Positions 1 through 9,778 of a stretch of DNA of 64,000 nt are shown here, in pieces (position 1 is the stretch's first letter; the number at the start of each line of letters is the position of its first letter). The notes under the pieces are model-generated. The model had not been told where the DNA came from. It saw only the letters and a list, made by a program, of their open reading frames with translations, and did no database searches. Position numbers and translations under genes: made by a program. The stretch comes from Pseudomonadota bacterium. Its GTDB lineage: Bacteria > Bdellovibrionota_C > UBA2361 > OMII01. The stretch covers positions 1 to 64,000 of the forward strand of contig JAYPVM010000006.1 of NCBI GenBank assembly GCA_038134595.1, written 5' to 3'.

Positions 1-2
1 AC

Positions 3-929
3 AAAAACGTCACATTGGCACCAAAATGCGTAGGTCCCGAGGTAACGCAACTAGCCGCAAACCTTAATGAGGGAGACGTATTACTCCTTGAAAATCTACG
101 TTTTAATCCCGGGGAAAAATCCAATAATCCAGCTTTTTCGGAGCAATTAGCCGCTCTAGGAGAGGTCTTTATTTCTGACGCATTTGCCACCGCACACAGA
201 GAACACGCCTCGATGGTCGGGGTTCCGAAGCTCTTTACTGAAAAGGCCGCCGGTCTACTCATGCAAAAAGAATTAGCCTACTACGCGCAAGCTTTGGAGA
301 ATCCAAAGAAGCCTCTGTGCGTTGTAATTGGTGGAGCCAAAGTTTCGAGTAAACTAACGGCTTTAGTGAACTTAGCATCAAAGGCTGATACGTTGATAAT
401 TGGTGGGGCGATGGCCAACACATTTTTGGCCGCACAAGGATTTCAAATGGGCCGATCGCTATACGAGCCAGATCTTGCACCAAAGGCAATCGAATTACTC
501 GGCACGCTTGCGCGGAGAGGTTGCCACGTCTATCTTCCCGTTGACGTTGTCGTCGCCCCGTCCCTATCAAGTAAGGGACTCGGAAGGGCTGTCCCTATTC
601 AGGAAATCCCTGCCGATACAATGGCGCTCGATGTCGGACCAGCCACAAGCCTCCTTTACCGAGAGGCACTTACGTCAGCAGAGACAATCGTTTGGAATGG
701 CCCCATGGGTGCCTACGAAAACGAAGAGTTCGCTCAAGGCACTCACAGCATGTGTGAATCAATTGCCAACGCTCACGGCTTATCTGTTGTGGGAGGTGGC
801 GATACTGACGCCGCAATTCACCATATGCAGTTAGGGCACAAATTTAACTTTATCTCGACGGCAGGCGGTGCATTCCTAGCACTATTAGAAGGAAAGTCGC
901 TACCGGGAATACGAGCCTTAGACTCTTAG
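3..929 (+). CDS. pgk: phosphoglycerate kinase (5' part lies outside the window)
   Basis: LLENLRF, DAFATAHR, GGAKVSSK, IIGGAMANTF, WNGPMG, GGGDT and STAGGA motifs; the frame is open to the window edge. Confidence 0.97.
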   Translation, partial: KNVTLAPKCVGPEVTQLAANLNEGDVLLLENLRFNPGEKSNNPAFSEQLAALGEVFISDAFATAHREHASMVGVPKLFTEKAAGLLMQKELAYYAQALENPKKPLCVVIGGAKVSSKLTALVNLASKADTLIIGGAMANTFLAAQGFQMGRSLYEPDLAPKAIELLGTLARRGCHVYLPVDVVVAPSLSSKGLGRAVPIQEIPADTMALDVGPATSLLYREALTSAETIVWNGPMGAYENEEFAQGTHSMCESIANAHGLSVVGGGDTDAAIHHMQLGHKFNFISTAGGAFLALLEGKSLPGIRALDS

Positions 930-1173
930 AAGATTTCGATCCAAAGCTACGCAGACCCGCAGCTCCACATCCCATAACTGCATATTGCATCGATGGGATG
1001 CGATGCCGACTATGGTTCGGGTTTGCACAAGAAAAATGAGCATACCGTTGAGTTCTGCGAATAACGTTATTTACTCGCACATCTCCTCCGAAATGCTTTT
1101 CAATCATTGGGGAACGCGCGCGCTCCTTCACAGCAGGCTACTCTACAAATGATAGCAATCGAAGCCCCGACTA

Positions 1174-1548
1174 CTACTGCCTCGTCGAAAATCCAAACTG
1201 CTGCTCCTGTCGCTCCATCCTTCGTTGCTGTTTCATGAGCTCCATTTCGCGCCGCCTGCGAGCCTGCTCTTCCGCTCTCTCCTTCCGACGATCCTGAGCT
1301 TCCTGCTCTCTCTCTCGACGGCGTCTCTCAGATTCCATCCGACGAGCCTCTCTTTTCGAATAAACTGGCCTTGGCGTTGGTGTCATGATCTGATGCATAT
1401 ACTGCTGAGGAACCTGCTTTAAACTATTAACAAAATGCATATTTCCTGAGCTATCAACATAGCGATACCGCTCAGCGCTCGCGCTAGATGCACAGAACAT
1501 CGAGAGACAAAACAAAACGAGGGAACAAACAAACTTTGGCGATTCCAT
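1174..1548 (-). CDS. exported DUF4124-like protein with charged coiled-coil tail
   Basis: Signal peptide, then YRYVDSSGNMHFVNS..VP (DUF4124-like motif), then an R/E/Q-rich helix. Confidence 0.7.
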   Translation of the reverse strand: MESPKFVCSLVLFCLSMFCASSASAERYRYVDSSGNMHFVNSLKQVPQQYMHQIMTPTPRPVYSKREARRMESERRRREREQEAQDRRKERAEEQARRRREMELMKQQRRMERQEQQFGFSTRQ

Positions 1549-1606
1549 AAATTTCCTCTATTTTCTCGCTGACATTATAGCGGTCGCATCAGTGCGTACC
1601 GAGAAA

Positions 1607-3469
1607 TTACACCTTCTTCTCCAATGATATCACAATTTTCCTCGCCAACGTAAGGGGCATCCGGCCCACTCGGGCGATCTCTTCAGGATTCTGCCTGGAG
1701 ATTTCCTCAGTGCTCTTAAATTCAGTCAACAAACGCTTCATCATCTCCGAAGAGACACCACTAATTTCCTCTAAGCCACTAGAAAAAATACGCTTAGAAC
1801 GTCGATTTCTATGAAAGGTAATAACAAATCTGTGGACTTCATCGCGAATTCTCGCCATAAATCTGCTCATCGGCACCCCGTTTTCTAAGAGGTGAGGAGA
1901 TGTGACCCCTGGAACATAGACCCGCTCTGGTGTTTTGGTAACTACCGCCGATTCTACCTGTCGTTTCGTACGCATTTTCGCAAGGCCAACAACATCAACC
2001 GTAAGTCCGAGTTCATCCCTCGCTTTCACAGCCATTTTCAACTGGCCCTTTCCACCATCTATAATTAGCAGATCGGGCAGGGTGCCTTCTACCTCGGCTC
2101 GTCTTAGCCTTCTGCGAACCACCTCATAGATTGCCTGAAAATCATTCGGCTCATCAAAATGCTCAAGCTTATACTTTCGATACTGGTCTTTTTGGGGCAC
2201 ACCATCAAAAAACACCACAACTGCTCCAACCACATCGCTTCCCTGGAAATTGGAGATATCCACACACTCAACTCGACGCGGAGCCTGTCGCAAACCAAAG
2301 CGCTGCTGAAGAGACGTACTAATGATATCCCAACTCGCTTCTTGACCCAGAGCATGCTCTAACGCGTGCTTTGCGTTTAGCATTGCCATATTGATCAGCC
2401 TAAACTTTGCACCTCGCTGTGGGACAGCGCTTTGAACTTGATAATCACACCGTCCGTCCAAGGCCTTCAACAACAGATCTCGATTTTCAAAGTCATACGG
2501 GAGCAAGATTTCAGGAGGGATCTCGCGATTTCCCTTGTAAAATTCTTGAACCATCCCTTCCAAAAGTTGATCGTCGGCAAGGCCAATCTCTGGGAGATAA
2601 AACGATTTCGTTTCAGCTATTCGACCACTCCGAACAATCAATACACACAGCGAAGTAGCCTCTCCGTTTCGAGCTATCCCAAATACATCACGATCTTCTC
2701 CCCGAAATGATACTAAAGAATGACCAGCGCGAAAATGCTCAAGAACCTCAATCCTATCTCGCCATGCCGCCGCCTGCTCGAATAACAATTCCTCTGAAGC
2801 CTTCTCCATTCGAGCTTCTAGCTGCTTAATTATGCCAGACGTTTTTCCCTGTAAAATAAGCTTTGCCTGTCGAATGTACTGACGGTATTCATCTTCATCT
2901 ACAGATATACAACACGGCGCGCAACAACGGTTAATCTCATACTCTAAGCAAGGCCGCTGCCTGTTGTATAAAACAGAATCAGAGCAGGTCCTGAGCGGAA
3001 CTACTTTATTGATTACTTCAAGCAAATTTCTAAGCTCTCTCGAATAAGCATATGGACCATAGTAGGTCGCCGAATCACGCTTCGGCCTTCTAACTAATTC
3101 AAGGCGAGGCCATTTTGACCGATCATCAATTCGAATTGAAAGGTAGCTCTTGTCATCTTTCAGAAGGATATTATAGCGAGGTTTAAGCCGAGATATTAAG
3201 TCTCTTTCCAAAAGAAAAGCCTGATCCTCATCCGGGGTAACGATCGTTTCAAACGAAGAAACTTTCCCCAAAAGAAATTCAATTTGATAGCGGCCGTCGC
3301 CACCTGTAAAATAAGTTCGGAGGCGATTCTTTAAGTTCTTAGCCTTTCCAACATACAATACGTCTCCCTTGGTATCCTTCATCAGATACACTCCAGACTC
3401 CTTAGGAGCATGCTTTACCTGCAACTTAAGAAGCTTTAACTTCTCGTCCTGATCGATATTAGCTGTCAT
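1607..3469 (-). CDS. uvrC: excinuclease ABC subunit C
   Basis: GIY-YIG domain (GVYLMKD..YVGKAKNL), Cys cluster, UVR helix, RNase H-like domain (ECVDIS, IDGGKGQ, RDEVHRF). Confidence 0.97.
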   Translation of the reverse strand: MTANIDQDEKLKLLKLQVKHAPKESGVYLMKDTKGDVLYVGKAKNLKNRLRTYFTGGDGRYQIEFLLGKVSSFETIVTPDEDQAFLLERDLISRLKPRYNILLKDDKSYLSIRIDDRSKWPRLELVRRPKRDSATYYGPYAYSRELRNLLEVINKVVPLRTCSDSVLYNRQRPCLEYEINRCCAPCCISVDEDEYRQYIRQAKLILQGKTSGIIKQLEARMEKASEELLFEQAAAWRDRIEVLEHFRAGHSLVSFRGEDRDVFGIARNGEATSLCVLIVRSGRIAETKSFYLPEIGLADDQLLEGMVQEFYKGNREIPPEILLPYDFENRDLLLKALDGRCDYQVQSAVPQRGAKFRLINMAMLNAKHALEHALGQEASWDIISTSLQQRFGLRQAPRRVECVDISNFQGSDVVGAVVVFFDGVPQKDQYRKYKLEHFDEPNDFQAIYEVVRRRLRRAEVEGTLPDLLIIDGGKGQLKMAVKARDELGLTVDVVGLAKMRTKRQVESAVVTKTPERVYVPGVTSPHLLENGVPMSRFMARIRDEVHRFVITFHRNRRSKRIFSSGLEEISGVSSEMMKRLLTEFKSTEEISRQNPEEIARVGRMPLTLARKIVISLEKKV

Positions 3470-4499
3470 GAGTCGCCTCGAATTTTGTGGCGATTGCTCC
3501 TTCTATGTGCGAAAAGAACTCACCGGCTGGCTCTACCTTTGCTCGCACACTCAACACCGCAAGGCGTTCACGAAGCTCGGGACTAAATCGACTAATCTTC
3601 ACGGCATCTTTTTCAGTACATACAAAGGGCAGACTGGGATTGCGATCCAAAAGTTCCCGAATCTCTTCTTCAGAAAAAACATGATGGTCAGAAAACTCTC
3701 TGGTTTCACGTATGACACATCCCATAGCTTCTAACGACTGTACAACGCCACTTGGGTTAGCTATCGCGGTGAAGACACCGACCTCGCAAGGGTCCAGTGG
3801 TTCGTCGCGGTCTAACCACACTATTTTTGGCTCAGTGAGACTGCTTGTATACACACCTATCTGCTCTGGAAGCACATCTCTAACCGCCTGTATGTTGAGA
3901 GAATTCGTTTTCTGAGATTCAATTGACCGATAATTCAAAACAACAGCGTGAACTCGTCTCAAAGCGTGGTCTCGATCCTCCCGAAAAAGACCAAGCGGTA
4001 GGAGCTTACCAGCTACAAATTGGTTTATTGCCTTCCTGCTTCCAACAAAAATAGAAGCAATTTCAAAATCTCGATTGAGCGCCCTATGTTGAAGACCATC
4101 ATCGAGCACAATGACATTGAAGTCGCCCATTTGCTCAATAAATCGTGCACCAGCAGCTCGCTTTCGGCAGACCACAACAGGTACACTTTGGCGCACCATT
4201 AATAGCGGCTCATCACCAACTCTACCGGGTTCGTCACTGCACGCAACTACGTGCGGACCAACTTCAGAGCCCCCATAACCACGAGAGAGAACAATAGGCC
4301 TATATCCTCTCTCGGAAAGCTCCCGTACAACCAACATACAGAGAGGGGTCTTGCCATTACCGCCCGCAGTCACATTGCCGATACTTATGACAGGTAGGGA
4401 ACTCGAATAAGAGCGCAGCACCCCCCGATCGTACAGGTAATTTCGACAACGCATGATAAATTCGTATGCACGGGCTAAGACAGCAAGAATTATACGCAT
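3459..4499 (-). CDS. lpxK: tetraacyldisaccharide 4'-kinase
   Basis: ISIGNVTAGGNGKTP, LSRGYG, GDEPLL, LDDGLQH, LLPLGLFRE and TEKDAVK motifs. Confidence 0.95.
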   Translation of the reverse strand: MRIILAVLARAYEFIMRCRNYLYDRGVLRSYSSSLPVISIGNVTAGGNGKTPLCMLVVRELSERGYRPIVLSRGYGGSEVGPHVVACSDEPGRVGDEPLLMVRQSVPVVVCRKRAAGARFIEQMGDFNVIVLDDGLQHRALNRDFEIASIFVGSRKAINQFVAGKLLPLGLFREDRDHALRRVHAVVLNYRSIESQKTNSLNIQAVRDVLPEQIGVYTSSLTEPKIVWLDRDEPLDPCEVGVFTAIANPSGVVQSLEAMGCVIRETREFSDHHVFSEEEIRELLDRNPSLPFVCTEKDAVKISRFSPELRERLAVLSVRAKVEPAGEFFSHIEGAIATKFEATHDS

Positions 4500-5776
4500 A
4501 AATCATTACCTCTATCTTCCGCGCACAGAATTTTCAACACCCGAGATGTTGCTCCTCTATATCTGTCACAAACCTCTCCCCCGGCCATACCTACAGCCTC
4601 AAGTTGTGGATCTCCGGCAATAAACGACCGTAAGAACCTCTCTATATCCTCACTCGTCTGAACCTCAACTATGCCGTCTTTTTTACGCATGTCTGAAATA
4701 AGCTCAGCGACCACGGAAATATAGGGTCCGACAACAACGGGAATACCAAACATAGCCGCTTCAAACGGATTATGTCCTCCAATATCCACCAGAGTCGCGC
4801 CTACAAAGGCTCCATCAGAAATACTGTACACCTCTCGAAGCACGCCAAGTTTATCAACTAAAAGAATATCACACTTTCTTTCACTCAAGTTTTCATCACT
4901 CAGTCGACCGGAAAGCTTACACGCACTTTCTGTCAGCGATGAGACTTTCTTCCAAAAATATTCAAATCGCTCTGCATGGCGTGGGACCACAACAACTTTA
5001 AGTTTTTTACCTTCGGCCCACATACGTTCAATGCACGGGAACCAAAGTTGCTCCTCGCCACTTCGCAAGCAACCCAATGTAAGAATTCGCTCATCATCAG
5101 AGATATCGGGAAATAATCCCTGCCTGGTCAATGACATCTTCGCATCTTCAAAACCGATGTCATACTTTGTATGGCCAGTTACAACTATATGCGGTCCTCC
5201 CTCTACCGCTAGACCAATCAACGAAAGGTATCGTTGCCGCTGCCCCTCGTCAGGAACACAGATACTGGAAACACGGGCTAATAACGGTGAAATAATCCAC
5301 CGCGCCATCTGATAGAACAACACCGTATAATCAGAGACACGGCCGTTAATAATGTGGACGGGGATGTTACGAGCGAGCACATTGTGCAACAAGCTCGGCC
5401 ATATTTCCGTCTCTGTTATTACAAGCCGATCAGCCGACATCGAACGAAGCGCTAAAGAAATCAATGGTCCACTATCAATCGGCAGAAGCCTCACAAAATC
5501 AACCTGATTCTGCATTGCGTCAAGCCCGGTGGGCGAAGTTCCCGTTAACAATATTATGGCATCCGGATTCTCCTCCCTTATATTTTTGATAAAAGAAACA
5601 ACACCTCGAGCCTCTCCTAAAGACGCCGCATGGATCCACCAATCGATCTTAGAGGGGATTTTTTGCCAAATGCCAAACCGCTCAAAAAAGCGTCTTCTAC
5701 CTCTACTGGTAACCAATAAACCGACAGCCACTACAGGCAATGCCAGTAGTAGTACAGTCTGATATAACTTATACAT
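4490..5776 (-). CDS. waaA: 3-deoxy-D-manno-octulosonic acid (Kdo) transferase
   Basis: WIHAASLGE, ETEIWP, NGRVS, VPRHAER and GGHNPFEAA motifs; ATG at 5776 chosen because it overlaps the upstream stop. Confidence 0.95.
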   Translation of the reverse strand: MYKLYQTVLLLALPVVAVGLLVTSRGRRRFFERFGIWQKIPSKIDWWIHAASLGEARGVVSFIKNIREENPDAIILLTGTSPTGLDAMQNQVDFVRLLPIDSGPLISLALRSMSADRLVITETEIWPSLLHNVLARNIPVHIINGRVSDYTVLFYQMARWIISPLLARVSSICVPDEGQRQRYLSLIGLAVEGGPHIVVTGHTKYDIGFEDAKMSLTRQGLFPDISDDERILTLGCLRSGEEQLWFPCIERMWAEGKKLKVVVVPRHAERFEYFWKKVSSLTESACKLSGRLSDENLSERKCDILLVDKLGVLREVYSISDGAFVGATLVDIGGHNPFEAAMFGIPVVVGPYISVVAELISDMRKKDGIVEVQTSEDIERFLRSFIAGDPQLEAVGMAGGEVCDRYRGATSRVLKILCAEDRGNDLCV

Positions 5777-6440
5777 CACTCCAAAACGCATCAGCTCGCC
5801 TCGTAACTTCTATCATCTGATTTTCTAACCTTAGCCGCAGAGCCTCGCGCTCCTCGTAATCTACGGTATCAACAGGCATTCCCACTATTACCACGCCCCT
5901 TGAAAACGGCTTTGGAATAATCATTCGATCCCATGAGCGCAACCTCCAGAACCTATTTACCGCAACACCCAGCGGATAGATTCGCATTTCGGCAAGACTT
6001 GCTATCGTAATAGCACCACTCTTGCACACATACTTAGGCCCACGAGGACCATCAGGAGTGATAGCCAGGTCAAAACCACTCTGCCCCAATCTGACCATTT
6101 CATATACCGCCGCCCGTCCACCTCGAGTAGAGGAACCGGCAACTGAACGTAAGCCAAACAATTCGATAGCTTTTGCAATCAGCCTTCCATCTCCATGCAA
6201 GCTGATAAGAGCATAACACCGTCGCACAGCAGACCCCACAAGTCTGCGATAGACACCCGGCATCAACGCTATACGGTTGTGCCAAAATGAAAAGACTACA
6301 GCTTGGTTTCTTTCTCCAGCATCTAACTGCTCTCGATCGACATATTGCCACCGAACAGACAAGTAGAGAATCTTGATGACGCACCCTAGAACGAATCCAC
6401 CAACGGTAATTTTGAGAAACTCTCCTGCTCCTTTGAGCAT
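5769..6440 (-). CDS. DUF374 lysophospholipid acyltransferase-family protein (LpxJ-like lipid A late acyltransferase candidate)
   Basis: FWH, ISLHGDG, GSSTRGG, ITPDGPRGP and SWDRMIIPKPF motifs; directly upstream of waaA. Confidence 0.85.
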   Translation of the reverse strand: MLKGAGEFLKITVGGFVLGCVIKILYLSVRWQYVDREQLDAGERNQAVVFSFWHNRIALMPGVYRRLVGSAVRRCYALISLHGDGRLIAKAIELFGLRSVAGSSTRGGRAAVYEMVRLGQSGFDLAITPDGPRGPKYVCKSGAITIASLAEMRIYPLGVAVNRFWRLRSWDRMIIPKPFSRGVVIVGMPVDTVDYEEREALRLRLENQMIEVTRRADAFWSDV

Positions 6441-6676
6441 AATCTCCTCAATACGTACAAATACAAATCAATTCAGGTCATTAGACCACAAAAACACCTC
6501 TTTCGACACTAGGGGGAGGGGTAATTCGAAGACGGCTTCAGAACGCAATAATATCAATATAATAGAGATGGCTCCCGTTCTATTGCTACAAAAATACGCC
6601 CTCACCGCGGTCGCCACTTAGAACAAACGAAACCTGAAAACGTAATTAGGGAGAACCCAGAGCGAGTGGCATTTTA

Positions 6677-9600
6677 CTACTCTACATCAAGTGTTATAAC
6701 GGTGGGGCCATCAAGAAACAAAAGTTTGGCTACAACTCGAACAGGCGCTCCTAAAAGCGCTCGAACGGCTTGCACATAGAGTTTCATTTGTCCTTCGTAG
6801 CGCTCGATCTTCTCCTTTAGCACTTCAGGACTTGTCAGTTTATCACTCTTAAAATCAGTAATTTCTGCCCACATTGGTTCTTCACTTTGATAGCCAACAA
6901 CAAGCCTATCAATAACCCCAGACACCAGTTGCTCTCCATCTCTTACAGCAAAGCTCTGCTCTCTTCTCAGCTCAACGTGCTCTTCCTTTCCAAATCGCTC
7001 CTTCGATAGCTCTGTAGAAATTACTCTGTTACAAAGAAGTGCAGAAAACTCTTCTGTAATTTCAGCGATGCGATCCTCATCTACTTGCCCAAAGAGCGCA
7101 CTTGCTTGCACTGAGTCAACTGAAAAGGTTTCTATCCACTCAACAGACTCAAAAAGAAGATGGAGTGCTGTGCCCCGCTCCCGCGCTTGACGCCCTTCAC
7201 GTGTCACCCGAGGATCGAGCAATCGAACTTGTTGCTGTAACTTAGACGGAGAAACCCGATCGAGACGCATCCGGCCGCTCTCGAGTGGCTGCATCCCTTG
7301 CTCCTGTCCTCTACCATTGACCGGAACTCGAATTCTGGTACGTTCATCGTTAGATTTCTCGATAAACACACGCTCTTGACCAAAGATAACTGACTCAGAA
7401 GATCGTAATGTGTATTGTTCTGAGATTATCTTAGCCGCTGAAAGGACTTTAGACCCCGACGTTACCTCTCCTGGAGGCAATACAATCTGCAATATCTGAC
7501 GGGGCCTTGTAACCCCAACATACAAAAGGCTCAGGCTTTCAGTCACTAAAGCGGCCTGCTTAGCCTCGTACATCAATCCCAATTCAGGGATGAGCTTCCG
7601 TTCAAACTCCCCGCCTCCTGCACTGAGAGCTATCCGTTGAATCTCACCTATTGGAGATTCTTGTCCAACAAGGACATCCTGACTATTTACGCGTATAGAG
7701 GTCTCCAACTCGGGTAGTACTACAATATCAAATTCAAGTCCCTTAGACTTATGTAGCGACATCACTCGTATCGAGGACTCCGTGGGCAGCTCTACTGCCA
7801 TGTTCTCTACAAGCGCTACAAACTCTGTAATCTTTGGCGTTCGCCTTTCATCATAGAGGTAAGCCTGTTCCAGAAGTTGTTCGATCCTCTGCGCATCGAG
7901 TTGTGAGCACTGGGGTAGTAGGCAATCAGACCATTGACTCATAGTTGGTCCATATCCTTGAGAAAGTAGTTTATCTCGAACGTCTTCACACCAGTGTGCA
8001 TCCATCGCATTCTCGACAAGCGGTACCGAAAGCGTCGTCGCAAGGCCAGATTGCAAAACATGATACACCGCTAGTGAGTCTGCAGGCTGGTCAATTGCTA
8101 TCAACAAAGACATTAACGCCCGAACAAGGGGCGAATCGGTAATCCGCACAGCTCCCTCTTCGCTAACAGTTAAAGCTGGATGCGACTCTGAGAAGCGGGC
8201 TAAAAGCTCCGATACTGTTTTATTACGCCTGACAAGCACACCGATGGAGGCGAATGGATACTCATTATGAAGATTAGCAACAAGATCGACCGCGGTATCT
8301 ATCGGACTAGAATCTCCAACTGTTTCATGCACTCTAACCTGTCCACTCTTTTCGCTTTGCGCCGCAAGATGTGGTTCAAATCGTTGACACCACGAACGAA
8401 TAGCTCCGATATATTCCTGTGTGCATTCCAAAGATTCTAGAGATCCAAATAGATCGTTCACAAACGAAACGATAGCTGGCGCGCAACGGTACGTCACATG
8501 TTTTGTCTCTGGGCGCAAATGCGTCCAACGGTCCTCTATTGAGCCAAATATCTCAGCGACTCCTCCCCTCCATCCGTAAATCGCCTGTTTTATATCTCCC
8601 ACACAAAAAAACGAGCGTTCAGCCGGCCGCGATAAAACCTCATCAGCAATTGGCGTTAGAATACGCCACTCACTCATAGAGGTATCCTGAAATTCATCTA
8701 GCAAAAGATGGTTAATACGCGAATCAAGGCGATAATAGAGCGGCTCCAAGTTACCGGTTATTTGATTCTCCTGCAAAGACTGCTTCACATCATCAAAGGT
8801 AAGCATCGCCATTCGACGTACAACCGCTCGATACGCCTTATCATACAGTGCCAAGAGCTCTCGAACTCCTGTCAGTCGCGCCGAATGGCGAATCTTGAAC
8901 GAATACCTCGCATGCAACAACAGTATTCCAATTGACGAAACCAGAGAGTCGTCGAGAATCTTTCCATAGAACTGACACTGACCGTCCAAGACTGAGTTCA
9001 CGGCAGACATCTTACCAAACGCCTTCCAATCTTGTTCTGCAACCGTTTCAAGCAAGCTAGCAACCAATTTAGTAATTCGCTGATCTGGCGTACCCGCTTT
9101 AGTCAGAGGCACGGAGTAACTTTGCAATGCTTCACCAACCAATTCAAGCGATTCAGCTGGCTTATCATTATCAGACTCAAGCCAGCTCCAGGCATCTAAA
9201 TCACTGGCAAGATAGAACCGATACAAAGCTACAACCGAATCTACGACATCCCTATGTACCGCCCGTGGAAGCTCTCCTGGCCTGAGAAGACCCACGACTT
9301 CAAGAAGAGATTTACCATCGTCATGCTCTAACAGCGAATTGATTGCAACCTCTCGCATCCGCTCAGTATCCTGATCTGAGGCGACCTGCCAATGTAGCGG
9401 CAATGAAAGCTCCAACGAGAACGACTGCGCCATTGAAATAAAAAGAGCATCGAGCGTGGTAATCATGAGACGATGCTGATTCTCCGTCAGCCGCTTAAGC
9501 AAGCCAGCCGCATCTTGAGGCATAAAACCACGTTGTTCAATCTCACTTCCAAGTTCGTTTGCTCTTTCAGAGCTTTGTGCGGCTTGAGAGAGCCTCAAAA

Positions 9601-9778
9601 AAATACGCTCGCGGATCTCTGCTGCCGCCTTGCGGGTAAAGGTTGTAGCAAGAATTTTATCGGGAGTTTCTCCCTGGGCAAGCAAACTAATGTAACGCGT
9701 GGAAAGATCTCTAGTCTTTCCTGTTCCTGCACTAGCTCGAACCAATCGCGGCTCTATACTCACCATCTCAGCCATCAA
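6677..9778 (-). CDS. addA: AddA/RecB-like UvrD helicase with C-terminal PD-(D/E)XK nuclease
   Basis: ASAGTGKT, TFTRKAAAE, LLDEFQDTS, VGDIKQAIYGWRG, HKSKGLEF, LYVGVTR; nuclease RGTALH..GVIDRL..DFKS. Confidence 0.9.
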   Translation of the reverse strand: MMAEMVSIEPRLVRASAGTGKTRDLSTRYISLLAQGETPDKILATTFTRKAAAEIRERIFLRLSQAAQSSERANELGSEIEQRGFMPQDAAGLLKRLTENQHRLMITTLDALFISMAQSFSLELSLPLHWQVASDQDTERMREVAINSLLEHDDGKSLLEVVGLLRPGELPRAVHRDVVDSVVALYRFYLASDLDAWSWLESDNDKPAESLELVGEALQSYSVPLTKAGTPDQRITKLVASLLETVAEQDWKAFGKMSAVNSVLDGQCQFYGKILDDSLVSSIGILLLHARYSFKIRHSARLTGVRELLALYDKAYRAVVRRMAMLTFDDVKQSLQENQITGNLEPLYYRLDSRINHLLLDEFQDTSMSEWRILTPIADEVLSRPAERSFFCVGDIKQAIYGWRGGVAEIFGSIEDRWTHLRPETKHVTYRCAPAIVSFVNDLFGSLESLECTQEYIGAIRSWCQRFEPHLAAQSEKSGQVRVHETVGDSSPIDTAVDLVANLHNEYPFASIGVLVRRNKTVSELLARFSESHPALTVSEEGAVRITDSPLVRALMSLLIAIDQPADSLAVYHVLQSGLATTLSVPLVENAMDAHWCEDVRDKLLSQGYGPTMSQWSDCLLPQCSQLDAQRIEQLLEQAYLYDERRTPKITEFVALVENMAVELPTESSIRVMSLHKSKGLEFDIVVLPELETSIRVNSQDVLVGQESPIGEIQRIALSAGGGEFERKLIPELGLMYEAKQAALVTESLSLLYVGVTRPRQILQIVLPPGEVTSGSKVLSAAKIISEQYTLRSSESVIFGQERVFIEKSNDERTRIRVPVNGRGQEQGMQPLESGRMRLDRVSPSKLQQQVRLLDPRVTREGRQARERGTALHLLFESVEWIETFSVDSVQASALFGQVDEDRIAEITEEFSALLCNRVISTELSKERFGKEEHVELRREQSFAVRDGEQLVSGVIDRLVVGYQSEEPMWAEITDFKSDKLTSPEVLKEKIERYEGQMKLYVQAVRALLGAPVRVVAKLLFLDGPTVITLDVE

